Assembly: GCA_900544595.1 (NCBI GenBank) | Contig: UQVQ01000004.1 | Location: 64,275 to 128,274, forward strand | Source of the DNA: an uncultured Bacillota bacterium | GTDB lineage: Bacteria > Bacillota > Clostridia > Christensenellales > UBA1242 | Reading direction: 5' to 3' | DNA: 64,000 nt | In this document: positions 38,596-47,567 of the stretch, piece by piece | Layout of the letters: the number at the start of each line of letters is the position of its first letter | Numbering within the stretch: the stretch's first letter is position 1 | Translations under genes and position numbers: made by a program | The notes under the pieces: generated by a model | Databases searched by the model: none | Told to the model about the DNA's origin: nothing | The model's input: only the letters and a program-made list of their open reading frames with translations

Positions 38596-39477
38596 CTATT
38601 TTTCGTTAATAATTTGAAGAAGTTTTTCCAAGGCGGGGTTTGATGTTTGCTTGTTTGAAAGGCAAACAATTTCTCTTGCGCAAAGCGAAAAGTTTGGGAA
38701 AATAACTTGAACTTCGCCAGATTGAACAGCGTCTTTATAGTAGTCCACGCTAACAAACGCAATTCCAAAGCCTTTTTTAACAAACTCATAAAGCAAAATA
38801 TAGTTGTCAAGTTCATATTTGGGATTGAGTTTAATTTGATGTTTTTCAAAGAAACGGTCGAGAGTTTGGCGCGAGCCGTTGTTTATGCTTGGAAGCATTA
38901 AATCGCTTATTGGGAAGTTTTTAATGTCCAAGTTTTCGCTGCTAAACTTCTTTTTATATTCTGCGTTTCCAATAAGTTGATACTCAACGTTAAACTGTTT
39001 AACAATTTTAAAGTCGTCAATTTTGTTTGTTTTATCAACAAAAATTAAATCTAAATTGTTGCTTTCAAGTTTGCTAATCAAGTTTTCTTTCGAACCGCGT
39101 TCCATAATAATTTGAATGTTAGGAAATTTCTTTGCAAAAGCCGAAAGATAGTTAAGCAAAACTTGGTTCATATTAGACGAGCAAGAGCCAATTCGTATCA
39201 TCCCTTCTTCAAGTTTGCTAAATCTTTTTGCAAGTGCTTCTGCTTCGTCAAATTTTTCAATGCAGCTTCCAATGTTTGCGTAGAGCAGTTTTCCAAAGGA
39301 AGTTAGTTCAACCCCTTTGCTTTTTCTTTCAAAAAGTTTTTGTCCAAGCTCCTTTTCAAGTTCCTTAATTGAAAAGGAAACGGCGGGCTGGGAAACGTAA
39401 AGTTGTTCGCTTGCACGGGAAATGTTTTTTTCTTTTGCAACCGCGCAAAAAATTTTGTATAGGTTAAGGTTTGTCAT
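38596..39477 (-). CDS. LysR-family transcriptional regulator
   Basis: HTH ISRASEQLYVSQPAVSFSIKELEKELGQKLFER. Confidence 0.88.
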   Translation of the reverse strand: MTNLNLYKIFCAVAKEKNISRASEQLYVSQPAVSFSIKELEKELGQKLFERKSKGVELTSFGKLLYANIGSCIEKFDEAEALAKRFSKLEEGMIRIGSCSSNMNQVLLNYLSAFAKKFPNIQIIMERGSKENLISKLESNNLDLIFVDKTNKIDDFKIVKQFNVEYQLIGNAEYKKKFSSENLDIKNFPISDLMLPSINNGSRQTLDRFFEKHQIKLNPKYELDNYILLYEFVKKGFGIAFVSVDYYKDAVQSGEVQVIFPNFSLCAREIVCLSNKQTSNPALEKLLQIINEK

Positions 39478-39563
39478 AAATTTTGCTTATTCCTTTAATA
39501 AAATTTTTGTCTTTGAAATTATATCAAAAAGAAAATATAATTACAATTGAAAAAGGAGAAAAA

Positions 39564-40712
39564 ATGGAAATTAAAATTTTGGCTGCAACAGCGCCATATA
39601 AAGATGGGGAAAATAAAAAAGAGTTTTTTAACAAATTAAGCGGAGAAGTTGCGGGAATTTGTTATATGCCTTCAACAATTGACACAATTTTAAATCAGCC
39701 GCTTGAAAAGAAACTTAAGCGTGCGCAAACAACAAAAGAAAGCGGACATCACAGCGTTTTCGACCACGAATATGTTACCTTATATTTGGAAGATGTTCCA
39801 AAAATGTTTGCAATGCTTTTGAACAACGAAAAAGTTTACACAACAAGCGAAAAAAGCGCACGCTACACTAAGATGATTCTTGAAGGAAACGAACTTAATC
39901 TTTTTGAAAAGTGGGTTGGAATTTTTGAAAAGTTAATAATTCAAAAATATGGGAATCAGCCATATTTTGCCGGCAATCGAGTTCAAAAACTAGCGCAAGA
40001 AAATGCAAGATATTTCACTTCGGTTTTCACGCCAACTTCTCTTGCCTACACTGTTTCCTATCGCCAACTTAACTACATTTATTGTTGGCTTAAAAACATA
40101 GACAAAAATTCAAACGAATATTTGGAAGCATTAAAACCAACCGCAAAAGCCTTTTGTGAAAAAATTGAAAAAGAAGGGCTTGTTGACGAAAAACTTGCCG
40201 AGTTTGGCGAGCAAAGAGATTTCAGTTTGTTTGCAAAGAAAGATAGGGTAGAATACTTTGGAGATGTTTATTCAACTTCCTATGAAGGCTCTTTTGCTTC
40301 GCTTGCCCAAGCGCAACGACATCGAACTCTTAACTATGAGTTTAGAAATTTGAAAGAGAAAAACTATTATGTTCCAAAAATAATTGAAAACAGCCCGCTT
40401 AAAGAAATGTGGCTTGAGGATATGAGAAAAGTTGATGCAATAACCCCGCAAGGCCAGCTTGTTCAAATTTATGAAAGAGGAACGCCGGAAAGTTTTATTC
40501 TTAAAGTTCGCGAAAGACTTTGCACTTGCGCCCAACTTGAAATTGCAAATCAAACAAAAAACACTCTTGAAAAATATATTGAAAAAACAACCGACGGAGA
40601 AATTAAATCTATGCTTGAAAAATATAATAATGGAGCAAGATGCACCTCTGGCTATAAATGTAAAAACCCATGCGGGTTTAAAGAAGGAATTGATTTATCT
40701 CGCGAAATTTAA
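39564..40712 (+). CDS. Atypical long ThyX-like flavin-dependent thymidylate synthase family protein
   Basis: SGHHSVFDH, TSEKSARY, ARYFTSVF, AQRHRTLNY and CAQLEIANQ motifs. AAAGGAG SD before ATG 39564. Confidence 0.55.
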   Translation: MEIKILAATAPYKDGENKKEFFNKLSGEVAGICYMPSTIDTILNQPLEKKLKRAQTTKESGHHSVFDHEYVTLYLEDVPKMFAMLLNNEKVYTTSEKSARYTKMILEGNELNLFEKWVGIFEKLIIQKYGNQPYFAGNRVQKLAQENARYFTSVFTPTSLAYTVSYRQLNYIYCWLKNIDKNSNEYLEALKPTAKAFCEKIEKEGLVDEKLAEFGEQRDFSLFAKKDRVEYFGDVYSTSYEGSFASLAQAQRHRTLNYEFRNLKEKNYYVPKIIENSPLKEMWLEDMRKVDAITPQGQLVQIYERGTPESFILKVRERLCTCAQLEIANQTKNTLEKYIEKTTDGEIKSMLEKYNNGARCTSGYKCKNPCGFKEGIDLSREI

Positions 40713-40930
40713 AAAACTAGGAATTTTCCTAGTTTTTTATTTTATGATATCTATTTTATTTAATAATTATTTTAGTTTTTATTTAAATATTATTTTATTT
40801 AATTTATTTTTAATTAAAAAAATTAAAAATTTATTTTAAAAATATATTTAATTATATTTATTTCTTCAATAATTTAATTATTACAAAATATTTTTACATT
40901 TATCTTTTAAAAGCAAAACAATAAAAAGTT

Positions 40931-41521
40931 TTATTCAATAATGATGTCGTTTTCCTTGTCAAGCTGTTTGTTAATTTCCTTCTTTGCTTGACGAATTTTA
41001 TGGCTGAACGACAATGTTAAAACAAAACGCTTAACGCCTTCAATGATAAGAGAGCAGCCGGCAAAAATCATAACAGTTTCAAAGGTTGAAAACATAACAG
41101 CAATTCCAAGCACAGTTGTTAAAATTGACAAAACAAAAAGAACCGGCCAACCTTTAATTTGCGCCTTTGCGCAATAAATACTTTCGGAAAGGGTTGAAAT
41201 TGAATCAATAACAATAAACAGACCGAAAAACACTGTTAATATTCCTTGAATTGCGTTTGGATAGATCAAACAAAAAAGTCCTAAAATTAACATAACCGCC
41301 GAGCAAACAAGCAGGTGAGTTCCAAGCAAACGGCCAACACTGAAATAACGAATGAAAAGTGCAATGCTCATAGCAATAAGAAAAGAGCCAAAAACAATGC
41401 ATAAAACATCGCCTGTTGAACCGGGCAAAGCAACACAAAGAATTCCTGTTGCAATTGTTAAAATAGCAATTAAAATGCTGTCCCATTTAACTTTTTTAAA
41501 GAAGTTTTTTAATTCCTCCAT
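40931..41521 (-). CDS. HdeD/DUF308-family membrane protein
   Basis: Six hydrophobic segments with a repeated G.L.....G pattern; SD AGAAGGAG. Confidence 0.5.
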   Translation of the reverse strand: MEELKNFFKKVKWDSILIAILTIATGILCVALPGSTGDVLCIVFGSFLIAMSIALFIRYFSVGRLLGTHLLVCSAVMLILGLFCLIYPNAIQGILTVFFGLFIVIDSISTLSESIYCAKAQIKGWPVLFVLSILTTVLGIAVMFSTFETVMIFAGCSLIIEGVKRFVLTLSFSHKIRQAKKEINKQLDKENDIIIE

Positions 41522-41736
41522 CTTTTTTCTCCTTCTAATAAAGATATGATACCACTTTTAAAAATTTAGTCAAAAAGTTTTATCGCTGTTGAAGTTGTTT
41601 AAAAGAGAAAAACAGATTTGAAAGCCTATTGCTTATGTTTAACTGTTTAAGCAATAATTTTTTCCATTTACATCTGCAACCAAATTCTGCTACGATAGGG
41701 CGGACGAACGGAAAAGATAAATAGGAGTTATACAAT

Positions 41737-41774
41737 AAAAAACACCTTGTTAGATGCAAGGTGTTTTGTTTTAG
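41737..41774. terminator. Terminator downstream of tRNA-Ser
   Basis: AACACCTTG-TTAGATG-CAAGGTGTT with A/T runs. Confidence 0.75.
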
Positions 41775-41866
41775 TTTATAAAAGATAATGGATAAATTAC
41801 TGAAAAGAACTCTAAATGAAAAAATACGAACTCAAAGATATCCTTCTTGTTCGTATTATTCACTAC

Positions 41867-41957
41867 TGGCGGAGAAGGAGGGATTTGAACCCTCGCGCCC
41901 TGTTACAAGCCTACTCCCTTAGCAGGGGAGCCCCTTCGACCACTTGGGTACTTCTCC
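41867..41957 (-). tRNA. tRNA-Ser (anticodon GCU), CCA encoded
   Basis: Reverse complement: GGAGAAG...CTCCC-CTGCTAA-GGGAG...long variable arm...GGTTCAAATCC...CTTCTCCGCCA. Confidence 0.9.
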
Positions 41958-42124
41958 AATTTTTCTTTTTCGATTCGCCATTTGAAAGGCTTTGGGTGCG
42001 CGTTTGAGAGAGTTTTTCCACAAAGCTTTTCAACTGACATTTTGAATTTTAGCACAATCTTTTTTTTTAGTCAACATTTTAAAAGAATAAACATAAATTA
42101 AATTTTTATTGGAACACTAAAAGA

Positions 42125-43180
42125 ATGAAGAAAAAACTTTTGGCGGCAGTTATAGCGTTTTTATGTGTGTTAACCATCTTGAATTTTGGGAAAATTGACA
42201 TTGCAAAAGCGGAAGAAGCGGGGGTTGCCCATTTCTTTTCCCACGAACTTGTTTACAGCCCAGAGCGGGCATATTGCAAGGCGAACAGATTGCGACGTTG
42301 TTTCGACCGAGATCATTTAACAGCAAGTGAGTTTAAAAAGATTTTAGAGGAATGGCATTCGCGCGGTTATGTTCTTGTTAACATTGAAGATGTTTACGCT
42401 TTTGAAAATGGAAAATGGCACGAAAAGAAAGACGTTGATTTAAATGGGAAAAAGCCAATTGTTCTTAGTTTCGACGATTTAACTTATGACACGCGCGAAA
42501 GAGGAATTGTTGAAAAAATTGTTGAAAAGGACGGCGAAATTTGGGATTACACAAGTTGCGAGGAGCAGCAGTTCACGCAAGAGCGCGACGGGGTTACAAT
42601 TCTTGAAAAGTTTATTGAAGAAAATCCGGATTTTTCCTTTAACGGTGCGAGAGCAATTTTGTGCGTAACTGGGTATAACGGCGCATTTGGGCATCGCGTT
42701 TTTGAAGGGACATATCTTTCAGGCGAAAAACTTGAAAAAGAAGAAGAAAGTTTAAAAAATCTTGTTGCGCTCTTGAAAGAAAAGGGCTACCGCTTTGGGT
42801 GTCACAGCTATTCCCATTTCAATTGCGCCTATGCAAGCGCAGGGCAGTTTAGGGAAGATTTAAGAAAATGGCAAAACGAAATTGGAAAATATGTTGGAGA
42901 AACAAACATATATTGCTACCCAGGAGGGAACCATAAAGCACAAAGTCAAAACAATGAATTTTTGAAGGCGAACGGATTTACGACGTTCCTTTGCACTGGG
43001 CAAGCGCCAACAAAAGGCGAGGAAAACGAAAACCGAGCAACATATTTCTATCGCCACCCGCTTGACGGAACATCGCTTCGACTTTGCGAAAAGGAATATG
43101 CGAAGTTCTTCGATGCGCGGAAAGTTTATGAAGAGAAAAGATATTTGCCTTTTTCGTGTAGGCAAGGCTATGGAGAATGA
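42125..43180 (+). CDS. Secreted polysaccharide deacetylase (NodB-type) family protein
   Basis: Signal peptide; LSFDDLTYD and HSYSH motifs. Confidence 0.65.
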   Translation: MKKKLLAAVIAFLCVLTILNFGKIDIAKAEEAGVAHFFSHELVYSPERAYCKANRLRRCFDRDHLTASEFKKILEEWHSRGYVLVNIEDVYAFENGKWHEKKDVDLNGKKPIVLSFDDLTYDTRERGIVEKIVEKDGEIWDYTSCEEQQFTQERDGVTILEKFIEENPDFSFNGARAILCVTGYNGAFGHRVFEGTYLSGEKLEKEEESLKNLVALLKEKGYRFGCHSYSHFNCAYASAGQFREDLRKWQNEIGKYVGETNIYCYPGGNHKAQSQNNEFLKANGFTTFLCTGQAPTKGEENENRATYFYRHPLDGTSLRLCEKEYAKFFDARKVYEEKRYLPFSCRQGYGE

Positions 43181-43279
43181 AACGGGCAGCGGCTCGTTTT
43201 ATTTCTTAAATTGCTTTAAAATGTTTGGATAATACTTTTTTTTGTGTAATAATATAATCAAATAAAAGGAGTTTGAATT

Positions 43280-43837
43280 ATGCCACAAAAACGCTATCAA
43301 TTCGTTAAACCAGACGGTTGGAGAATTATTAAACCAGAAAGATATAGAGATTTCTCAATTCTTTCAACGGAACTTGTTCCTTGCATCTATGGCTTCGCAA
43401 TTGAAAGAAACGAAGGTTTTGATGTTGTAAGTATGTTTGACTACGGCGAAAGTTCTGGGGAATTTATTGCAGAACTTAACGAGGAACTTAACCGCCTTGA
43501 ACTTAATAACAGAGATGTTAAAGGAATTAACGACTACATCAAAGAGAACGCAGCCGACTATGCCGTTTCGGAAACATCAAGCATGAAACCTGTTTACCAT
43601 AAAGCAGTTAAAATTTATGGGAAAAATGTTTTTGTTAACATAATGGATGTTGCAACAAACATTGGAAAAAGCTATTCCTTGCAATTGTTTGTTAAACTCG
43701 ACAGAAACCTTGTTTGCTTTGGAACTTCTGTTCCAAAACTTGACACTTCGCGCCCAATGGAAAGCGCAGTTGAGTCGTATAAATTTGTTAATGAACTTGT
43801 TAACACTGTGATCAAAACCTTGGATGTTGCAAAATAA
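43280..43837 (+). CDS. Hypothetical protein
   Basis: 185-aa ORF with AAAGGAG SD and a terminator at 43861-43892. Confidence 0.5.
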   Translation: MPQKRYQFVKPDGWRIIKPERYRDFSILSTELVPCIYGFAIERNEGFDVVSMFDYGESSGEFIAELNEELNRLELNNRDVKGINDYIKENAADYAVSETSSMKPVYHKAVKIYGKNVFVNIMDVATNIGKSYSLQLFVKLDRNLVCFGTSVPKLDTSRPMESAVESYKFVNELVNTVIKTLDVAK

Positions 43838-43860
43838 CATTTCCGCGGTTAAAATTTCTT

Positions 43861-43892
43861 CCCTTGCATAAAATACAATGCAAGGGTTTTTT
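43861..43892 (+). terminator. Rho-independent terminator
   Basis: CCCTTGCA-loop-TGCAAGGG plus TTTTTT. It lies inside the 5' end of track ORF 43878, which supports the later start at 43938. Confidence 0.75.
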
Positions 43893-43937
43893 ATTGCTGC
43901 GCTTTGGCTCAAATTATGCAATAAGAAAAAAGATAAA

Positions 43938-44711
43938 ATGTTTGAATTTCAACTTTCAACTCTAAACGAAAAAGTTTCAAACCAAATTTTTTTTGAACTT
44001 AAAAACACAATCGCGGAAACTAACGCAGTTTTAACTTCATATGCGGAAAACGGGAGAAATAACATTGTTGTTGCTTGCGACGAAATTGAAAAACCTCGGG
44101 TGTGTTTTTTCTTAACCGACGTGATTTCAGACGCAATTTCAACTTTCTTCAAACTTGAATTCGTTGAAGATAACTTGAAAATTCCCGTTAAAAACGAAAT
44201 AAGCTTCCAAGCCTTCAAAAAAGCCCTCGTCGCTTTCGACCGCGAAACAGATAAATACATAGTTTCTCGTTCGCTTAAAATTGGAAATGAACTTAACCTT
44301 GAAGCCTTCTATAACTTTCGCCTTAAACAACTTCGAACAAAATGGCTTGAAATAATTCAACTTGCAAACGACAACGCCTCCTACCTTCTTTGCAGCGACA
44401 CCTTTCTCGACCTTCTTAAATTCCTAATAGATAACATCGAAATTTCGCGCGGAACAATCAATGTTGTTAAAGAAGGAAACGAGTTTAAACTTTGCGACGA
44501 AAGTTTCAACGAAATCCAGCCCGAACAATGCCCGCTTGCAAACCTCGAACAAGAAAGCGGGGAAGTTGGCTTGGTAACTTCCTTAATTGCTCTTTCCCCA
44601 AAGAAAATCAATGTCTATTGCAGCCCCTTCGAAAACAATTGCGCCTTAACCTTAATTTCGCAAATCTTCGAAAATCGCGTTTCAATTCTCCCCGAAAATG
44701 CCGGAAGATAA
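43938..44711 (+). CDS. YtxC-like putative sporulation protein
   Basis: About 257 aa, immediately upstream of thrS as in Bacillus ytxC-thrS. Called on synteny and size only. Confidence 0.4.
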   Translation: MFEFQLSTLNEKVSNQIFFELKNTIAETNAVLTSYAENGRNNIVVACDEIEKPRVCFFLTDVISDAISTFFKLEFVEDNLKIPVKNEISFQAFKKALVAFDRETDKYIVSRSLKIGNELNLEAFYNFRLKQLRTKWLEIIQLANDNASYLLCSDTFLDLLKFLIDNIEISRGTINVVKEGNEFKLCDESFNEIQPEQCPLANLEQESGEVGLVTSLIALSPKKINVYCSPFENNCALTLISQIFENRVSILPENAGR

Positions 44712-44808
44712 AAAATATTCTAAACTAAAAATTTATTATAAGAATTTAAATAAACAAAAAAACAACCACATAACGTGGCTGTTTTTGGTTCAAAAATTTT
44801 GCCAATTC

Positions 44809-45162
44809 TTAATTTGCTTTAAGAATTAAAGTTTTTCCAACATTTATTGAGTTTATTTGAGTGTATGTGTTATTTGTGTTCGCTTGGTCAACCCACAAAT
44901 AGCCCGTTTTTGTTGGCAAATCAACCGCCGTGCTTCCAATTGCCTTTGGAGTTTTGATTTCGGTTAAAGCAGAGCAACCGCCAAGCATACTATCCGTGTT
45001 TGTAACCCTTGACATGTCAAAAGACGACAGATTAAGCGAGGTTAAAACTCGGCAGTTAGAGAACATGCATGACATATCTGTAACATTACTTGTGTTGAAA
45101 TTTCCAAAAGAAATTGATGTTAAATTTGTAAGTCTATTTGCATCTAATGCATTACTAAACAC
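44809..45162 (-). pseudogene. C-terminal fragment of a BspA-type leucine-rich-repeat (DUF285) surface protein
   Basis: FNTSNVTDMSCMFSNCRVLTSLNLSSFDMSRVTNTDSMLGGCSALTEI repeats. The reading frame opens only 5 codons upstream after a TGA. No signal peptide, no SD. Confidence 0.55.
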
Positions 45163-45188
45163 AATTTTTGAAATTTTTCATAAAAAAA

Positions 45189-45217
45189 TTGACATCTTTG
45201 CGCGGTTGGTGTAAATT
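45189..45217 (+). promoter_or_regulatory. sigma-A-type promoter of thrS
   Basis: TTGACA 45189-45194, 17-nt spacer, TAAATT 45212-45217; 20 nt to the ATG. Confidence 0.5.
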
Positions 45218-45237
45218 TATTATAAGAGGAAAAAAGT

Positions 45238-46980
45238 ATGGAAAAAGAAGAAATGAATGACGAAATGATTGGCAGACACGGGCTTGCGCACGTTTTAGCA
45301 AAGGCTGTTTTAAAACTTTATCCAAACGCAAAATTAACAATTGGGCCTGCAATTGCCGACGGGCTATATTATGATTTTGATGTTGACAATGCGTTCACTC
45401 CAGAAGACATGAAAAAAATTGAAAAGGAAATGACTTCAATAATTAACAAAGGCGAGGACTTTGTTAGAGAAGTTGTTCCAAAAGAAAAGGCTCTTGAACT
45501 TTTTAAAGGCAACCCATATAAAATTGAGCTTATTAACGAACTTCCAGAAAATGAACCAATTTCAATCTACTATCTTGGCGAAGATTTTGTTGATCTTTGC
45601 CGCGGTCCTCATGTTGAAAATACTCGCAAACTTCAAAACTATGGCTTTAAAGTTGCAAAAGTTAACGGTGCATATTGGCGCGGAAACGAAAAGAACAAAA
45701 TGCTTCAAAGAATTTATGTTTACGCTTTCAAAGATAAAAAAGCATTAGCAGACTATTTGAATATGCTTGAAGAAGCAAAAAAACGCGACCACAGAAAAAT
45801 TGGGCGAGAACAAGAACTGTTCTTCTTCGATGAAACTGCTCCTGGAATGGCATATTGGCTTCCACGCGGCTTCACAATGCTTAACACCTTAATTGAATAT
45901 TGGCGCGGCGAACATAAAAAACGCGGCTATCAAGAATTTTCTGGCCCTCAACTTAACAGCAGTGCTCTTTGGAAAACTTCGGGACATTGGGACCACTATA
46001 AAGAAGATATGTTTGTTCTTGAAGACAGCGACGGAAAAGAACAGGCGCTTAAACCAATGAATTGCCCAAATTCAATTAAAGTTTTCGACTCGAAAATGAG
46101 AAGTTATAAAGATCTTCCACTTCGTTTTAACGACGTTGATGTTATCCATAGAAATGAAAAATCTGGGCAACTTAACGGACTTTTCCGTGTTAGAATGTTC
46201 CGCCAAGACGATTCGCATAACTACGTAACCGAAGAACAAATTGGAAGCGAAATTAAAGCAATTTTGGAAATTGCAAACGAAATGTATGGAGTTTTTGGGC
46301 TTCCATATCAACTTACGCTTTCAACTCGCCCAGCCGATTTCATGGGAGAAATTGGAACATGGAACAAGGCGGAAGACGATCTTCGCAAAGTTTTGGACGA
46401 AATTTGCGGAAAAGGAAACTACCGCGTTAACGAAGGTGACGGCGCTTTCTATGGCCCAAAAATCGATATTAAAATGAAAGATTGCTTGGGAAGAGAATGG
46501 CAAATGGGAACAATTCAACTTGATTTCCAACTCCCAGGGCGATTTAATCTTTCCTACATCGACAAAAACGGTGATAAGAAAACCCCAATTATGATTCACC
46601 GTGCGATTTTAGGGTCTTTCGAACGTTTTATTGGAATTATAACAGAACATTTTGCCGGAGCATTCCCTCTTTGGCTTTCCCCAGTTCAAGTTCGCGTTAT
46701 GAACATTTCCGACGCGTCGATTGAATATGCAAAAGAAGTTACAAAAGCGTTTGAAGAAAAAGGTGTTCGCGTTGAACTTGACGGCAGAAACGAAAAAATT
46801 GGATATAAAATTCGTGAAGCACAATTTTTGAAAGTTCCATATATGATTATTGTTGGAGATAACGAAGTTCAAACAAAAACAATTTCAATTCGTGGAAGAG
46901 GAAACGAAAATGCTTCGGGCTTGAAACTTGAAGATTTCCTTGCAAGAGTTTTAAAAGAAATTGAAACAAAGAAAATTTAA
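45238..46980 (+). CDS. thrS: Threonine--tRNA ligase lacking the N-terminal TGS domain
   Basis: Begins about 10 aa before the editing-domain motif GRHGLAHVLAKAV. DHRKIGREQELFFF and class II motifs present. Confidence 0.92.
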   Translation: MEKEEMNDEMIGRHGLAHVLAKAVLKLYPNAKLTIGPAIADGLYYDFDVDNAFTPEDMKKIEKEMTSIINKGEDFVREVVPKEKALELFKGNPYKIELINELPENEPISIYYLGEDFVDLCRGPHVENTRKLQNYGFKVAKVNGAYWRGNEKNKMLQRIYVYAFKDKKALADYLNMLEEAKKRDHRKIGREQELFFFDETAPGMAYWLPRGFTMLNTLIEYWRGEHKKRGYQEFSGPQLNSSALWKTSGHWDHYKEDMFVLEDSDGKEQALKPMNCPNSIKVFDSKMRSYKDLPLRFNDVDVIHRNEKSGQLNGLFRVRMFRQDDSHNYVTEEQIGSEIKAILEIANEMYGVFGLPYQLTLSTRPADFMGEIGTWNKAEDDLRKVLDEICGKGNYRVNEGDGAFYGPKIDIKMKDCLGREWQMGTIQLDFQLPGRFNLSYIDKNGDKKTPIMIHRAILGSFERFIGIITEHFAGAFPLWLSPVQVRVMNISDASIEYAKEVTKAFEEKGVRVELDGRNEKIGYKIREAQFLKVPYMIIVGDNEVQTKTISIRGRGNENASGLKLEDFLARVLKEIETKKI

Positions 46981-46994
46981 ACCAAGAAACAATT

Positions 46995-47029
46995 GAAAAT
47001 CGCTTGCTTAATGGCTTGCGATTTTTTTT
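46995..47029 (+). terminator. thrS terminator
   Basis: GAAAATCGC-loop-GCGATTTTT plus T-run. Confidence 0.7.
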
Positions 47030-47331
47030 ATACTAAACTTAAAATGAGCACCAAAAAATTATAAGTTTTCTTTTTAAGTTTGACGGACAAAAAACATAAA
47101 GCGCGGTCTTTTAAACGGGAGAGGTTGGCAATAGAATTGGCATAACATTTTATGAATATTATTCATCCAAGATGTCGTGTTTAAGCACAAAACCTTAACT
47201 ATATTTAGGTTTTAATTTTGTAAAAAATGTTGTTCATTTTTAAGAAAAGGCAAAACCAAAAAGTTGTCAACATAAACGCCTTGCTTAAAACGCCCTAATA
47301 TAGCAATATTTGAAAATTTGCCTTAAAAATA

Positions 47332-47351
47332 TGTGGAAATGTGGATAACTT
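47332..47351. repeat. Copy 1 of the 20-bp direct repeat TGTGGAAATGTGGATAACTT (tandem DnaA boxes)
   Basis: TGTGGAAAT (near-consensus) overlapping TGTGGATAA (perfect). Confidence 0.8.
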
Positions 47352-47426
47352 ATTCAATAATTGGCAAAATCCACCAAAAATGAATAAAAATTTATAATTA
47401 TAAGCAGTTGTGAATAATTATTTATT

Positions 47427-47446
47427 TGTGGAAATGTGGATAACTT
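47427..47446. repeat. Copy 2 of the 20-bp direct repeat (tandem DnaA boxes); extra near-box TGTGAATAA at 47409-47417
   Basis: Identical 20-mer 95 bp downstream of copy 1. Confidence 0.8.
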
Positions 47447-47567
47447 TTTGTGGGTTTCTGCATATCTTATGAGCGAAATTGCGTTGAAAATGACTAATTT
47501 GAAGCAAATAAAAGAAAGAATAATAAGACATTTTGTTTTTTTTAATCAAAAGGGTATAATCAAGAAT

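Noticed and set aside
41816-42007. 63-aa plus-strand ORF
   Set aside because: It is the reverse complement of tRNA-Ser and its leader.
45163-45237. Expected T-box leader upstream of thrS (also looked upstream of aspS/asnS)
   Set aside because: Only 75 nt separate the upstream ORF from the thrS ATG, and they are occupied by a promoter and SD. No specifier loop or T-box sequence is visible.
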